Assembly (NCBI RefSeq): GCF_964204645.1
Contig: NC_134032.1
Coordinates: 14,682,275-14,746,274, forward strand
Length of the DNA stretch: 64,000 nucleotides
Source: Tubulanus polymorphus
Lineage: Eukaryota > Animalia > Nemertea
Direction: 5' to 3'
The position numbers and the translations under genes are program-made. Position 1 is the stretch's first letter, and each line of letters starts with the position of its first letter. Below the pieces are notes generated by a model, which saw only the letters and a list, made by a program, of their open reading frames with translations, was not told where the DNA came from and ran no database searches. Shown here one piece after another: positions 45,990 through 58,900 of this stretch.

Positions 45990-48900
45990 ATGTCTGGTAA
46001 TTTAAAAGATTTAAACGATGATGCTCAATTTCAGGCTGAACTGAACAGCGCTGGTTCAAAACTGGTCGTCGTAGATTTCTTCGCAACCTGGTAAAGTTGC
46101 CCGACAGACCGGGCCACCACCAAAAAATAAACAAAAATCCATTCCGATTTTTCCGTCAATCGGTGGCTCTTTTGATAAACTATTTACAAATTGATTGAGA
46201 TGTCAAGAAAAACATTTGCCGTATTCATTTGCTTTAACCCTAACCCTATCACTTAACCTCTGTGTACTAACGGATCTGTTTTTATTTGTTGATTTATCTG
46301 TAGGTGCGGCCCTTGTCATCAAATCGCGCCTGTTAAATAAAAGTCGACGTCGATAAATTGACCGTAAGTCCAAGAGAGACAGGTTGGACCGTACTTTAAG
46401 CGTCCAAAAAACCTGTCGTATTTTGCTTTAATGATTTATTGGTCGGTGTTTTAGGAAGTGACGAATCGTTACAAAATCACAGCGATGCCGACCTTCACCT
46501 TTTTCAAATACAAGGTCAAAGTCGAAAGGAAATATCAAAAAGCATTATCAAGAGCCAGGAGAAAGTGATGAAACAGTCGAAGTTAAAGGCCATGTAAGTT
46601 TGTGAAATACAGCAGACTCTGTCTCTTACTGCGGTAAAGTTGAAACCGGTAAAATTCTACCCCGAGTTGGTGTCAAATACTGAGTAAGAGTTTGTGAAAC
46701 ACAGTAGAATCTGTCTCTTACTGCGGTAAAGTTGAGACTGGTAAAATTCTACCTCGAGTTGGTGTCAAATACTGAGTAAGAGTTTGTGAAACACAGTAGA
46801 CTCTGTCTCTTACTGCGGTAAAGTTGAGACCGGTAAAATTCTACCCCGAGTTGGTGTCACATACTGAATAAGAGTTTGTGAAACACAGTAGAATCTGTCT
46901 CTTACTGCGGTAAAGTTGAGACGGGTAAAATTCTACCCCGAGTTGGTGTCACATACTGAGTAAGAGTTTGTGAAATACAGTAGACTCTGTCTCTTACTGC
47001 GGTCAAGTTGAGACTGGTAAAATTCTACCCCGAGTTGGTGTCAAATACTGAGTAAGAGTTTGTGAAATACAGAAGACTCTGTCTCTTACTGTGGTAAAGT
47101 TGAGACTGGTAAAATTCTACCCCGAGTCGGTGTCAAATACTAAGTAAGAGTTTGTGAAATACAGTAGACTCTGTCTCTTACTGCGGTAAAGTTGAGATCG
47201 GTAAAATTCTACCCCGAGTTGGTGTCAAATACTGAGTAAGAGTTTGTGAAATACAGTAGACTCTGTCTCATTCCTCAGCTGTTAACAGATTGGCCGATTA
47301 TGAATATTTAAGATTAAACTCATGAATATTCAAACAGACCTCATAAATATTGAAATGAACCTCATGAATATTTACAGATATCTAAGATGATACAGATGAA
47401 CGGTTCGTAATTTTTTAACGAATCGGACGATCACACGTTGAAACACGCTCTCTCTCCTAAAGGCGGATATTTACAGTCGGACTGCGACGAACAGTTGATA
47501 ATTTCCCTCGAATTCTCACAACCTGTTAAACTACATTCGTTAAAGATGTACGCCCCAGACGGTAAGAGACTCCAGCGTCCCTACGACTCCTTGATTCCTT
47601 TAAACAGGGTCCCCATGTCTCCTTGATTCCTTCAAAACTCCTTTTAAACTGAAAAAGCTGTTAAAAGGTGCTTGAAACTCCTTCAATTTTGAGAAATAGG
47701 CAATTAAAAATTTTTGTAGTTGTACATGCAGACTATGCCTAAATCTGTAAAGTTGGGACCAGGAGTTTTCAATACCCAATCACTGGGTAGGCCAGATACT
47801 GAATTAGAAGCCAAGTTAAGGTAGTGCTGAGGATAATAAAACTTGCTTACAAAACACTGAATTAATGGTTTACTCGGATAAACAGTACCCATTTATGTCT
47901 TTTATGTCTATTTACGTAATTGGGATTTGAAAGTGATGCAGACACTTCCTCACAATTTGAAAGTTTCAGCCTTAAAACTCCTTACATTCAAACTCAAATT
48001 ATTCAACTGAATTTTTCAGACGGAACTGCAGCAAAAACAATTAAACTTTTCGCGAATCAACGGCAAACTTTAGACTTCAACTTGGCAGAGAGTATGGAGG
48101 CAATTCAGAAAACACGGTAAGTTTTAAACATTTGCCCCCTCCCCCAATCTCTCACTCTGAGTCTCCCCATCTCTCTCCATCTTCCTGAGTCTCTTTCATC
48201 TTGTTTCTTTTTGATTTTTCAGATTGACCCCGGACGATGTAAAAGAAGGACTTTAATACCGCTACGATACGTCAAATTCAAAAATGTTTCCAGTGTTTCG
48301 GCGTTCCAGCGTTTCGGTAACAATGAAAATCATTTCATATTTCAACAGTTAAAACAGTTACAGTTTGAATCCGGAAAAAAAACTGAAAAATTACAGCAGT
48401 TTGGAAAAAAAAGCTGCCAAATTCAATGAATTTCTATTAGTCTTATTTAGTCGACTATTGGATGTTAAAGATGGATCTCTAAGATTCTTTTAAAGATTGA
48501 CTCTAGAAAAGGCTGATTTCAACATGATTTGGTTTTTCACCTGAAGCACAAACTACTTGTCGTTAATTCAGAGATTTTTGGAAACATTGAGTTTTATTCG
48601 AGTTAATTGTCTACGCATTATGTTTACTTTCCAGATATTCGTATATGATAATCAAGGAGGTAATGAGACGACCGTTATTAACTATTTAGGATTTATCGGT
48701 TCACCTGTGATGGCTACGAACATGTCCGATTTCAAACGAGTAAGTTTCAAATGGCGACGAAGGCACCCGTCGTAAGATTGTTATTTTCGTCGCCCGGTGT
48801 AGATTGATTTTAAGATTGTTAATTTCAAGATCATTTCAAAAGATGATATTTTCGTTAACGGGTGAAGATTATATTTTCGTCGACCAGCGTAGATCAATTT

Positions 48901-49717
48901 TAAGATGTTATTTTCAAGATGATTTCGTCAGATGTTATTTCCATTGGTGAAGATCTTTATTTTCGCATAATTTAGATAAATGACGCTGACGATGCCAACG
49001 GTGGATGTGGTTGCTGCGGCAACGCAAATGATGATAACAATGATGATGATGATGATGATGATGATTATTTAACCGAGGAAGAAGAGCCTGAATTTATTAA
49101 AACGCGTTTTCAAATGATTTTAATGAGGTTTAATGTTGAATTTAGACAACCGAGTTTCTTAGGTCATTATTTCTCCCTGCCCTAGTAGAGTTTATACACA
49201 AATTTCCAAAAGGGTTGATTTATGAGGATATTTGGTGGATGTTAGGCTCCCCCTTCCTTCTCCATTCAGATTAGATATTTTTGAAATTTACATTTTTCTA
49301 ATGGACACTTACGTTTTGTAAAATATGGTGATTGTTTATTTCACGTATGTTTAGATATTTCAGTCACAGATTTAATCCGAATTTCAACCTGAATTGAGAC
49401 TATGAATTCTGAGATATTTTCACCATCTGTAGAACTCTGTTTACAGTGGAACCTCGTTTACACAATTTATCATTTATTACAAAACTAGAATTTCATTCCA
49501 GATAAGACAATATCAATTATTTCCATACTTGATATAACGAATTATAACTAATGGATTTTCTGTTGCCCTGAAGTTCGTTGCAACGAGGTTCCACTGTATA
49601 ATTTTCTAAATTCAAAAAATGTTTTACAGACTTTTCGACATCAATAATTAACCGCTAAGAAGTACTTTCTTTTTATTATTTCAGGTGGCGGGAAAGAAAG
49701 GCGAGAGTCATCATTGA
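45990..49717 (+). pseudogene. TXNL1: Unprocessed thioredoxin-like protein 1 pseudogene (thioredoxin plus PITH domain), 8 exons
   Basis: Exons ~45990-46090, 46304-46363, 46455-46593, 47378-47561, 48020-48116, 48223-48300, 48635-48739, 49685-49717. Motifs VVVDFFATW|CGPC, KVDVD, AMPTF, NESDDH, LQSDCDEQL, QPVKLHS, IPLRYVKF, ATNMSDFKR|VAGKKGESH. Lesions: frameshifting deletions in exons 2 and 3, TAA at 47408, a frameshift near 48250 and a GC donor at 48301. Confidence 0.88.
46598..47270. repeat. 92 bp tandem repeat in TXNL1 pseudogene intron
   Basis: ~7 copies starting at 46598, 46690, 46782 and onward. Confidence 0.92.
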
Positions 49718-50084
49718 TGGCAAGGGTCAATGTCGAAGTACATTATTTCACCAAGAAACAAAGATTAGGAACTTAGGAAGGGATTAATTTCACCAGAGAA
49801 TTGTGACCACATTACAACAGCGAGCGTATGAATTTGCACGAGGCAAAATCGAAAATTACCACTTTTATTGCATTGTGATTAATAAACTCAATATTATTAT
49901 TATCATTTACTGAATGGTTTTTCTTTTGAGTTTATTTTTCGTCTATCAGAGGACCGGCATCAATGATGACTAATCATGACTTTTCTGACTTATCACAACT
50001 AGTATCCTCATGGACAGACTGTCGACCCTGTTCGCATGATTTGATATCGCCATACTCTTTGACCAAAATAAAAAATGGGATAAG

Positions 50085-50435
50085 TACGGAAGCCCCTAGG
50101 TGACATATGAGATAATTTTTTTCATAATTTCGACTTATTAAGTCGAATTTCGACATAATAAGTCGAATTTCGTGTTAATTAAGTCGAATTTCGACTTAAT
50201 AAGTCGAATTTCGTGTTAATTAAGTCGAAATTCGACATGAAAATAAAACTCAAAATTCGACTTAATTAACACGAAATTCGACTTATTATGTCGAAATTCG
50301 ACTTAATAAGTCGAATTTCGACATAATAAGTCGAATTTCGACATAATAAGTCGAATTTCGTGTTAATTAAGTCGAAATTGTGAAAAAATTTTCTCGTATG
50401 TCACCTAGGGGCTTCCGTACCTAGGGGCTTCCGTA
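50085..50435. mobile_element. Non-autonomous IS3EU-like foldback DNA transposon
   Basis: TIR tacggaagcccctaggtgacat / atgtcacctaggggcttccgta (right tip duplicated), 6 bp TSD GATAAG on both sides, interior made of palindromic ttcgacttaataagtcgaa subrepeats. Confidence 0.75.
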
Positions 50436-51439
50436 GATAAGAGTAGGTTGGAACAAGAAACGAAATTCTAATATGGACTTTCCTAAATTAACATGACGAT
50501 GTACGGCGTTCGATTCAGTATCAAAATTAAAGAAAACAATTTGTTTTTTTTTTAAATTATGAGTGGTAATTAGCATGAAGTTTTTGGCAGAATTTCAGAG
50601 GATCGGTGCTCGTAATTAAAAAAGCCTATCTCCCCTCAAATTGAATCAAGGAGTTTTCATGAAAATTGACGGGATTCTGTGATAACAGCATGAATGATGA
50701 TTAATCATGAATACATGGTATTAATACCATTAATTAGTGGGTTTTCCCCAATGACTCAAATAGACCGCTTTCCTCGTGCGTGGTGTGAGTTAGTTATCTC
50801 GGGGTGCATGAACTGTCCGTGACTAATAAACCAATTTCATTAGTAAATGTTTACGCGGTTTCTATGATATGAAGACCTGTGTTGGTGTGCATCTTTAACT
50901 GAAGTGTTATCGGTCGGTATAATCTATAAATTATTCTATAATTTAAGAAAAAAAACAGGCGGCGGGTTTATAAACTGATAAATTCGGAAGTAGCTATTTT
51001 GGGAATCAAGTAATTTATTTCTTGGCCTTATTAAAGTTCCTCCACTATATTATTCGGCTGACTACTGGCGCGTATTCGACCCGGCAGTGGAACCTTTCAT
51101 AATGTAAAACCATTCAACAATAGAGACACAATTGCGGTTTTTCAGATTTGTTGATATCATTTATACGCGCTATTGAATACGTCACCGACTGACCACGGTG
51201 AGCACAGGCATAGGCCTCATTCACCTCTGCACACTCACACTGTGAACATGCTACCGTGGATTCTCCTCCTGGCGATTTTCGCTGCGCTCCCGCTCGTGCT
51301 CCTGTTCCTGCTTCCTGAGGAACGACGTCTTTATGTTTTGTGTATTACTGTGTGTCTCTGTGCTGTCCTGTACTGTTCTGTGTTTATTAATCCGTTCTTT
51401 TTTGCAGGTTCTAACCCGTTTTATTTTTCAGGGCCGATT

Positions 51440-51700
51440 TCTCTGTCGAATTTCATCGTTTGCTGGAACAAAACTAATGTCCGAAAGCGTCAGCTCTCCT
51501 TCGCCGGTCATGTGTCGAGGATGTCAGACAAAGAGTCGGTCAGGAAATTCTGCCCTCTACACGCCCTCATACGGAACACGAAAACTAGGATGACGAGGCC
51601 TCACTGCCCCCACCTATCTACAAAGTGTGCTGAGTGATGTCAATGACGGGCATATCTGCGGGATTGCGCGGGATACAAGTGGAGCGGTTATACTGGATTG
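51440..51700 (+). mobile_element. Degenerate RTE-like LINE 3' fragment
   Basis: Across frames: RKRQLSFAGHVSRM..ALYTPSYGTRKLG.RGL, resembling the C-terminus of an RTE-type reverse transcriptase ORF. Confidence 0.55.
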
Positions 51701-51989
51701 TCACGCTACTAGCATTCATTGTGTCCTTGTGACCACCCGGATGAGGGATGATTCTACTGTCACGCTCTTTGTTTCTGGTATTCTGAGTCGGCTGAGGGAT
51801 GATTCTACTGTCACGCTCTTTGATTTCTAGTTTCAGTGCTAGTTTTCATTGTGTCCTTGTGATAACCTCGGTCAGTGGATGAAGTCTCTCGTCGGCTTGT
51901 GAGTGCTAGTTTCATTGTGTCCTTGTGATAACCTCGGTCAGTGGATGAAGTCTCTTGTCACGCTTTTGGGTGCTAGTTGAGATCCTGAA

Positions 51990-52245
51990 TCTCAACCCGG
52001 TCAAGCTGGTTGTACTGCACTATTTGTGTTTCGTGCAATTTTACAGGTGTGTCAGTTACTGACGTCGCCCAGTACATCCTGCAGTTAGATGGGGAATGTG
52101 AGGCGTCGTCATCCTGGTTTTCGCGTTCTGTGTGAGGGCGTGTAGAGGGCAGTATATTCCTGGCTGGCTTTTTGTCTGGTGTTCTGGGCATGTGACCGGC
52201 GACGGAGAGCTGTAAAGCTTTCGAACATTAGTTTTGTTCCGTACC
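51990..52245 (-). mobile_element. Second degenerate RTE-like LINE 3' fragment, inverted relative to the first
   Basis: ALYTPSHRTRKPG; nucleotide similarity to 51460-51680 on the opposite strand. Confidence 0.55.
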
Positions 52246-55200
52246 AGGTTTTCATCGCTCTTCTCTTTTTTTTTAATTTCAGGACTCCCAAGATGAAGAA
52301 GAAGATGCTGAAGGTGACTACAACGAAGAGGATGCCGAAAAAAAGAACACTGAATTCAGCAATATTGAAAGTTAAGTTGATACACATGTAAATTACGATG
52401 AGTGATACGAAAAGGATTGTGTAACTACAGAATATTGTTCTTTTACTCATTTCAGGTTAATCCGGAAAGGCCCATCTAAAATCTGCCCACCAGAAGTGCC
52501 CACAAAAGACTCCACCTTGAAGGACCACCAAAGACCTGCCGCAACCGAACCTGGCAGTCTTGACCTCATCCTGCATGGCAACAGGAATGCATACATACAT
52601 AAAGCTAAGTTGATTCTTCATATCTGGGGTAGAATGCATAGGCACTGGTGAGGATAGAGACACTGGTCTAGCTCACCATCTCCGCACTACTTTATTGAAG
52701 CTCTGTGGCCGGTAGTAAATTGAAATGAAGCAAGGCAATGATTGCTTGAATATTTAAAATATTAGACGAAATGATTGAGTGAGGTCCCTTAAATATTCTT
52801 TGGTCTGATAATTAAAATGTAGATTGGTCAGTTATTGATTAAAAGATTTTGTAAGTATGTACAATTAAGGTAAATTCAATATCTTATGTGACATTTGAAA
52901 TTTTTCGAATGTACCGTAGATATTTCAGGCCTCATATGACTATTGTTTAACTGACAATCAAGATATAGATAAGACAATTTACTAATTAACTAATTGCTTA
53001 GATATAAGCAATCATTCAATATCTTATAATGTTTGATGAAAAATTCTTCTGGTGTAGATATTTTAGGGCCCCATATACATTAAGGCTGGCTTTACGTATA
53101 AAGATATATATCAATTAAACTTTATCGTCAGTTAATAGATTTTTTTACAAATAATATTGATACATATGTCATTTATATGTCATTTATAAACATTCAGGCA
53201 CTTAACAGTATATATTATATGCTGCTTTACCCATTACATTAATGAATTTCTGGGGGAAAGATGTATAAAATAGTGTCTAAGGCTGTATCAAGATTTTGTG
53301 TAATATATATGGGGAAAACTATAACTCAATTATGTCCCAGCACTTTGACAAATCTAGAATAAAACAAAGCTTTAATTGGTTCAAATCATTCCCGAAAGCC
53401 ATACTCTGTGCCTTGTTTTGCGCTATGATTATTGTTTAACTGACAATTATCATATATAGCTAGGAAAAATTGCTCATTAACCAATGGCTTAGATCCACAA
53501 TTAAGATGGATTCAATATTTCTAAGATCAAAAACTATTTATCCGGTATACAGGTCCATAATATAAATGTCGTAAAACTGAAAATTTAAATATAGCTGATA
53601 TATGTATGAGCACATCTGAATCAGTCTCATCCACTGATCAGTATTTCCATCTCCAACTGCAGTGCTTATGACAACTGGTCATTTTCTTCACCAAATTGCC
53701 AAAATTTACCTAAACCTAACTGATTCATCTAAAAGCCATACTGTGTGTCAAGTTACGCATAATAGATATTGTTTAACTGACAATTAGAATCAAAGGTCAA
53801 TTACTCATTAATGTATTACTATAAGATATCTACGATTAGGGTAAATTCAATAAGTGAAATTGTTTTTAATTCAGGTCCATGGACATTTAAAATGTAGCTG
53901 ATACATGTGTATCTGAGCACATTTATTTATCTGTATCTAAGTGAACCTATTGTGTCTTCATACAGCTGAATTAGTTTTGATACATATTGCCAAAATCATT
54001 TCACGCAGATTTACTTCCGATCGAAGGGAGATAAGACAAATCTGTACGTGCACAAATACATTCCTGAATTTGGAAGGGAGAATATTTCAATTTCACTGTG
54101 TATGTCAGATTGAGAGCCTTATTCTGACAGGATATCCTAAACTTAGGTCTTATTCCTCTTGCTAATAGCTCTCGTTTACTAACCCCTCTCCTTCAAACTA
54201 TTTTCTAGCATCATGACTCGCACCGCACCAGGGAGGTCCGGTCATAACAAGGTCTTTCGGTCCTTATACACAGTGTACTACTATAAAAGGGAAATAAAGA
54301 TTATATAGCAATTCGGCTTTGAGGGAATTTCTAATTTACCACTTAAATGTGCTTTTATCTTAATTTCTGATGAATTCACCACATCTGAAATTCTACTCGT
54401 GTAGATTTTCAGGCTCCATGTTCAACTGACTATTAAAATGTAGCTAGTATGATTACTAATTAACGGATCGCTTAGATATCTAGAAGATTAATTGAAATTA
54501 ATTCAATGTAATGAATATAAGTGAAAAGTACTTTAAAAATAGTGCAGTGAATGAGACGACTGTATCGTGCAATGTCACCTGCGTAACTGGGCGACATGTG
54601 TGTGGGATCTGTTGAATCAGTTAGGTTTTGGGGAATTCTGTATTCGTCAAACTAGATATCAAAAGCTCTGATGCAAAATAAACATTTTGAAATAGTGATC
54701 AATCGAAACCAGATCTGAAATTCTTGTCGAGTAGAAATATCAAGCCCCGTATAAAATTGTCAGAGGCAATTTTAATTATAGCTAGGAAATTAATTGAGTG
54801 ATAGGTATCTAAGATGAAAATTAATTCAGCATCTTCATATAAGGAAAAAGTGCTCAAATCTAAACCGTAGGGGTTGATAAGAAAACTGTATAATCTAATG
54901 GGTTGATATCTTAAGAAAACAGGGTGTGTTCAGGCTCTGTCTCTTAGACGTAGGATTTATTGAATCTTTTAAGCTTTGCAGAATTCTGGATTTGTCAAGG
55001 CGTTGGAATGATTCAAGGTTTCTTAAATCTGTAGATCCATGTTGACCAGGATCAGTGTGGTCAATGCTGGCAGCGCACAGTTATATTATCATTATTACAA
55101 GATATATATTAGGAGCAATATTTAGAATTACTGGAATGGATTAAAATAACATTCACTGGGCACAGATGTCACCATCAGTGGGTAGAAAACATATCTCTTA

Positions 55201-55984
55201 AAATTTATTAATTGACGATGAAGTTAATTTGATAATACGAACATGGTTTAGCTGACAATCGAAATGTATATAGGGAAACAGTACAAAAACAATTTGATAA
55301 GATTTATTATGCATTACTAAATTTGTTGTAACTCTGGTTTTCCTAGAGATGACTAAAGCATCTTTAGTCGAATTGTTTTTAAACTATAATAATCAACCGT
55401 TGCTTAGATATCTAGAATATAGATGAATTACGATATGAGTTGAATTTCAAATAGATGTTGTTTAATAATTGACTATTATCAAAATCTACTTACCGGTCCA
55501 CATAACTGATCTTATATATATATATATATATATATATGAATTGACACGTTAATTATGATCAGTGATATTCGAAAGGATTTTCTGCTCACAAGATTCTGCT
55601 CTTTTTTTCAGCTATACGAATAATCAACTAGTCTTCAAATGTACAGAATGATCTTCAACCTTGTAATATAGATATTCCAAATCTCGATGTATTAAAATAG
55701 GCAGTCAACTTAATTGACCCCAATCAGTCGCTTACCGGTTCAGACTGGTTGGAAGATTAATTGAATGAAACGGAACCCAATTTCCCAATTATGTGCTCGT
55801 ATTTAAAGAAAAAGAAATTTATGTGAAATCGACCGCCGATCACACAACTATATCTGTACTTCGACTTCCGATTTTGAAAAAAACTTAAAACTACAAAAAA
55901 AATTTAAAATTAGACAAAATTACGACCTTGTAAACTTTCGGACTATTTAGACGAAAATAAGAGCAAAGAAATGTAAATTAGACA

Positions 55985-58900
55985 ACCAACTTAGGAGACC
56001 TCACCGATAATGAACCCGGCAATCACAAAAGGTAACTTAATATATTTGGAATTATTGCAATAAATTCTGAATGAAATATTTTGTCATTACAGGATATCTA
56101 TTTTTGATCATTGCAGCTAAATTTCAACTATGAGAAAAAACCCAGCTCGAGAACAACTACTCGCCCAAAATCGACCAACTTGAACAGCGCACAGATGAAG
56201 CCAACAGAATCGAACTCATTAACGCACAAACTTTAGATGATCCACACCGATAACGAACCCAGCTATCATAAAAGGTAACTTGATATACATGAAATTATTA
56301 CGATTAATTCTTATTGAAATATTTGGTCATTACAGAATATCTTCTTTTAATCATTGCAGCTAAATTTCAACTATAAGAAGAAACCCAGCTTGAGATCAAC
56401 TACTCGTCCAAAATCGACCAACTTGAACAGCGCACGAGGCCAACAGAATCTAACTCATTAACCAACCAACTAATAAGATAATTGCCGATAACAAAACCAG
56501 CAATCATAAAAGGTATCTTGATATACATGAAATTATTACTATTAATTCTTATTGAAATATTTGGTCATTACAGGATATCTTCTTTTAATTATTGCAGCTA
56601 CATTTCAACTACGCGAAAAAACCCAGTTTGAGAACAACTACTCGTCAAAAATCAACCAACTTGAACAGCGCACAGCCAACTAGGATCGAACTCATTAACC
56701 AATCAACTAATAAGATAATCGCCAATAATGAAACTAGCAATCATAAAAGGTAACTTGATATACATGAAATTATTACGATTAATTCTTATTGAAATATTTG
56801 GTCATTACAGGATATCTTCTTTTAATTATTGCAGCTACATTTCAACTACGCGAAAAAACCCAGTTTGAGAACAACTACTCGTCAAAAATCAACCAACTTG
56901 AACAGCGCACAGCCAACTAGGATCGAACTCATTAACCAATCAACTATTAAGATAATCGCCAATAATGAAACTAGCAATCATAAAAGGTAACTTGATATAC
57001 ATGAAATTATTACGATTAATTCTTATTGAAATATTTGGTCATTACAGGATATCTTCTTTTAATTATTGCAGCTAAATTTCAACTATGCGAAAAAACCCAG
57101 CTTGCGATCAACTGCTCGTCCAAAATCGACCAACTTGAACAGCGCACGAGGCCAACAGAATCTAACTCATTAACCAACCAACTAATAAGATAATTGCCGA
57201 TAACAAAACCAGTAATCATAAAAGGTATCTTGATATACATGAAATTATTACTATTAATTCTTATTGAAATATTTGGTCATTACAGGATATCTTCTTTTAA
57301 TCGTTGCAGCTAAATTTCAACTATAAGAAGAAACCCAGTTTGAGATCAACTGCTCGTCAAAAATCGACCAAGTTGAACAGCGCACGAGGCCAACAGAATC
57401 GAACTTATTAACCCACCAACTTTAGATGATCCACACCGATAAAAAACCAAGCAATCATAAAAGGTAACTTGATATACATGAAATTATTACGATTAATTCT
57501 TATTGAAATATTTGGTCATTACAGGATATCTTCTTTTAATTATTGCAGCTACATTTCAACTACGCGAAAAAACCCAGTTTGAGAACAACTACTCGTCAAA
57601 AATCAACCAACCTGAACAGCGCACAGCCAACTAGGATCGAACTCATTAACCAATCAACTAATGAGATAATCGCCAATAATGAAACCAGCAATCATAAAAG
57701 GTAACTTGATATACATGAAATTATTACGATTAATTCTTATTGAAATATTTGGTCATTACAGGATATCTTCTTTTAATCATTGCAGCTAAATTTCAACTAT
57801 GCGAAAAAACCCAGTTTGAGAACAACTACTCGTCAAAAATCAACCAACTTGAACAGCGCACGAGGCCAACAGAATCAAACTCATTAACCAATCAACTAAT
57901 AAGATAATCGCCAATAATGAAACCAGCAATCATAAAAGGTAACTTGATGTACATGAAATTATAACGATTAATTATTATTGAAATATTTGGTCATTACAGG
58001 ATATCTTCTTTTAATCATTGCAGCTAAATTTCAAATATAAGAAGAAACCCAGCTTGAGAACAACTACTCATCCAAAATCGACCAACTTGAACACCGCACG
58101 AGGCCTACAGAATCGAACTCATTAACCCACCAACTTAAGATGATCCACACCGATAACGAACCAAGCAATCATAAAAGGTAACTTGAAATACATGAAATTG
58201 TTACGATAAATTCTTATTGAAATATTTGGTCATTAAAGAATATCTTCTTTTAATCATTGCAGCTAAATTTCAACTATGCGAAAAAACCCAGCTTGAAATC
58301 AACTGCTAGTCAAAAATCGACCAATTTGAACAGCGCACAGCCAACTAGGATCGAACTCATTAACCAATCAACTAATGAGATAATCGCCAATAATGAAACC
58401 AGCAATCATAAAAGGTAACTTGATATACATGAAATTATTACGATTAATTCTTATTGAAATATTTTGTCATTACAGGATATCTTCTTTTAATCGTTGCAGC
58501 TAAATTTCAACTATAAGAAGAAACCCAGTTTGAGATCAACTGCTCGTCAAAAATCGACCAAGTTGAACAGCGCACGAGGCCAACAGAATCGAACTTATTA
58601 ACCCACCAACTTTAGATGATCCACACCGATAAAAAACCAAGCAATCATAAAAGGTAACTTGATATACATGAAATTATTACGATTAATTCTTATTGAAATA
58701 TTTGGTCATTACAGGATATCTTCTTTTAATTATTGCAGCTACATTTCAACTACGCGAAAAAACCCAGTTTGAGAACAACTACTCGTCAAAAATCAACCAA
58801 CCTGAACAGCGCACAGCCAACTAGGATCGAACTCATTAACCAATCAACTAATGAGATAATCGCCAATAATGAAACCAGCAATCATAAAAGGTAACTTGAT

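Noticed and set aside
51173-51637. 154 aa ORF with a hydrophobic N-terminus
   Set aside because: Chimera of T/C-rich low-complexity sequence and a LINE remnant; no evidence of a real membrane protein.
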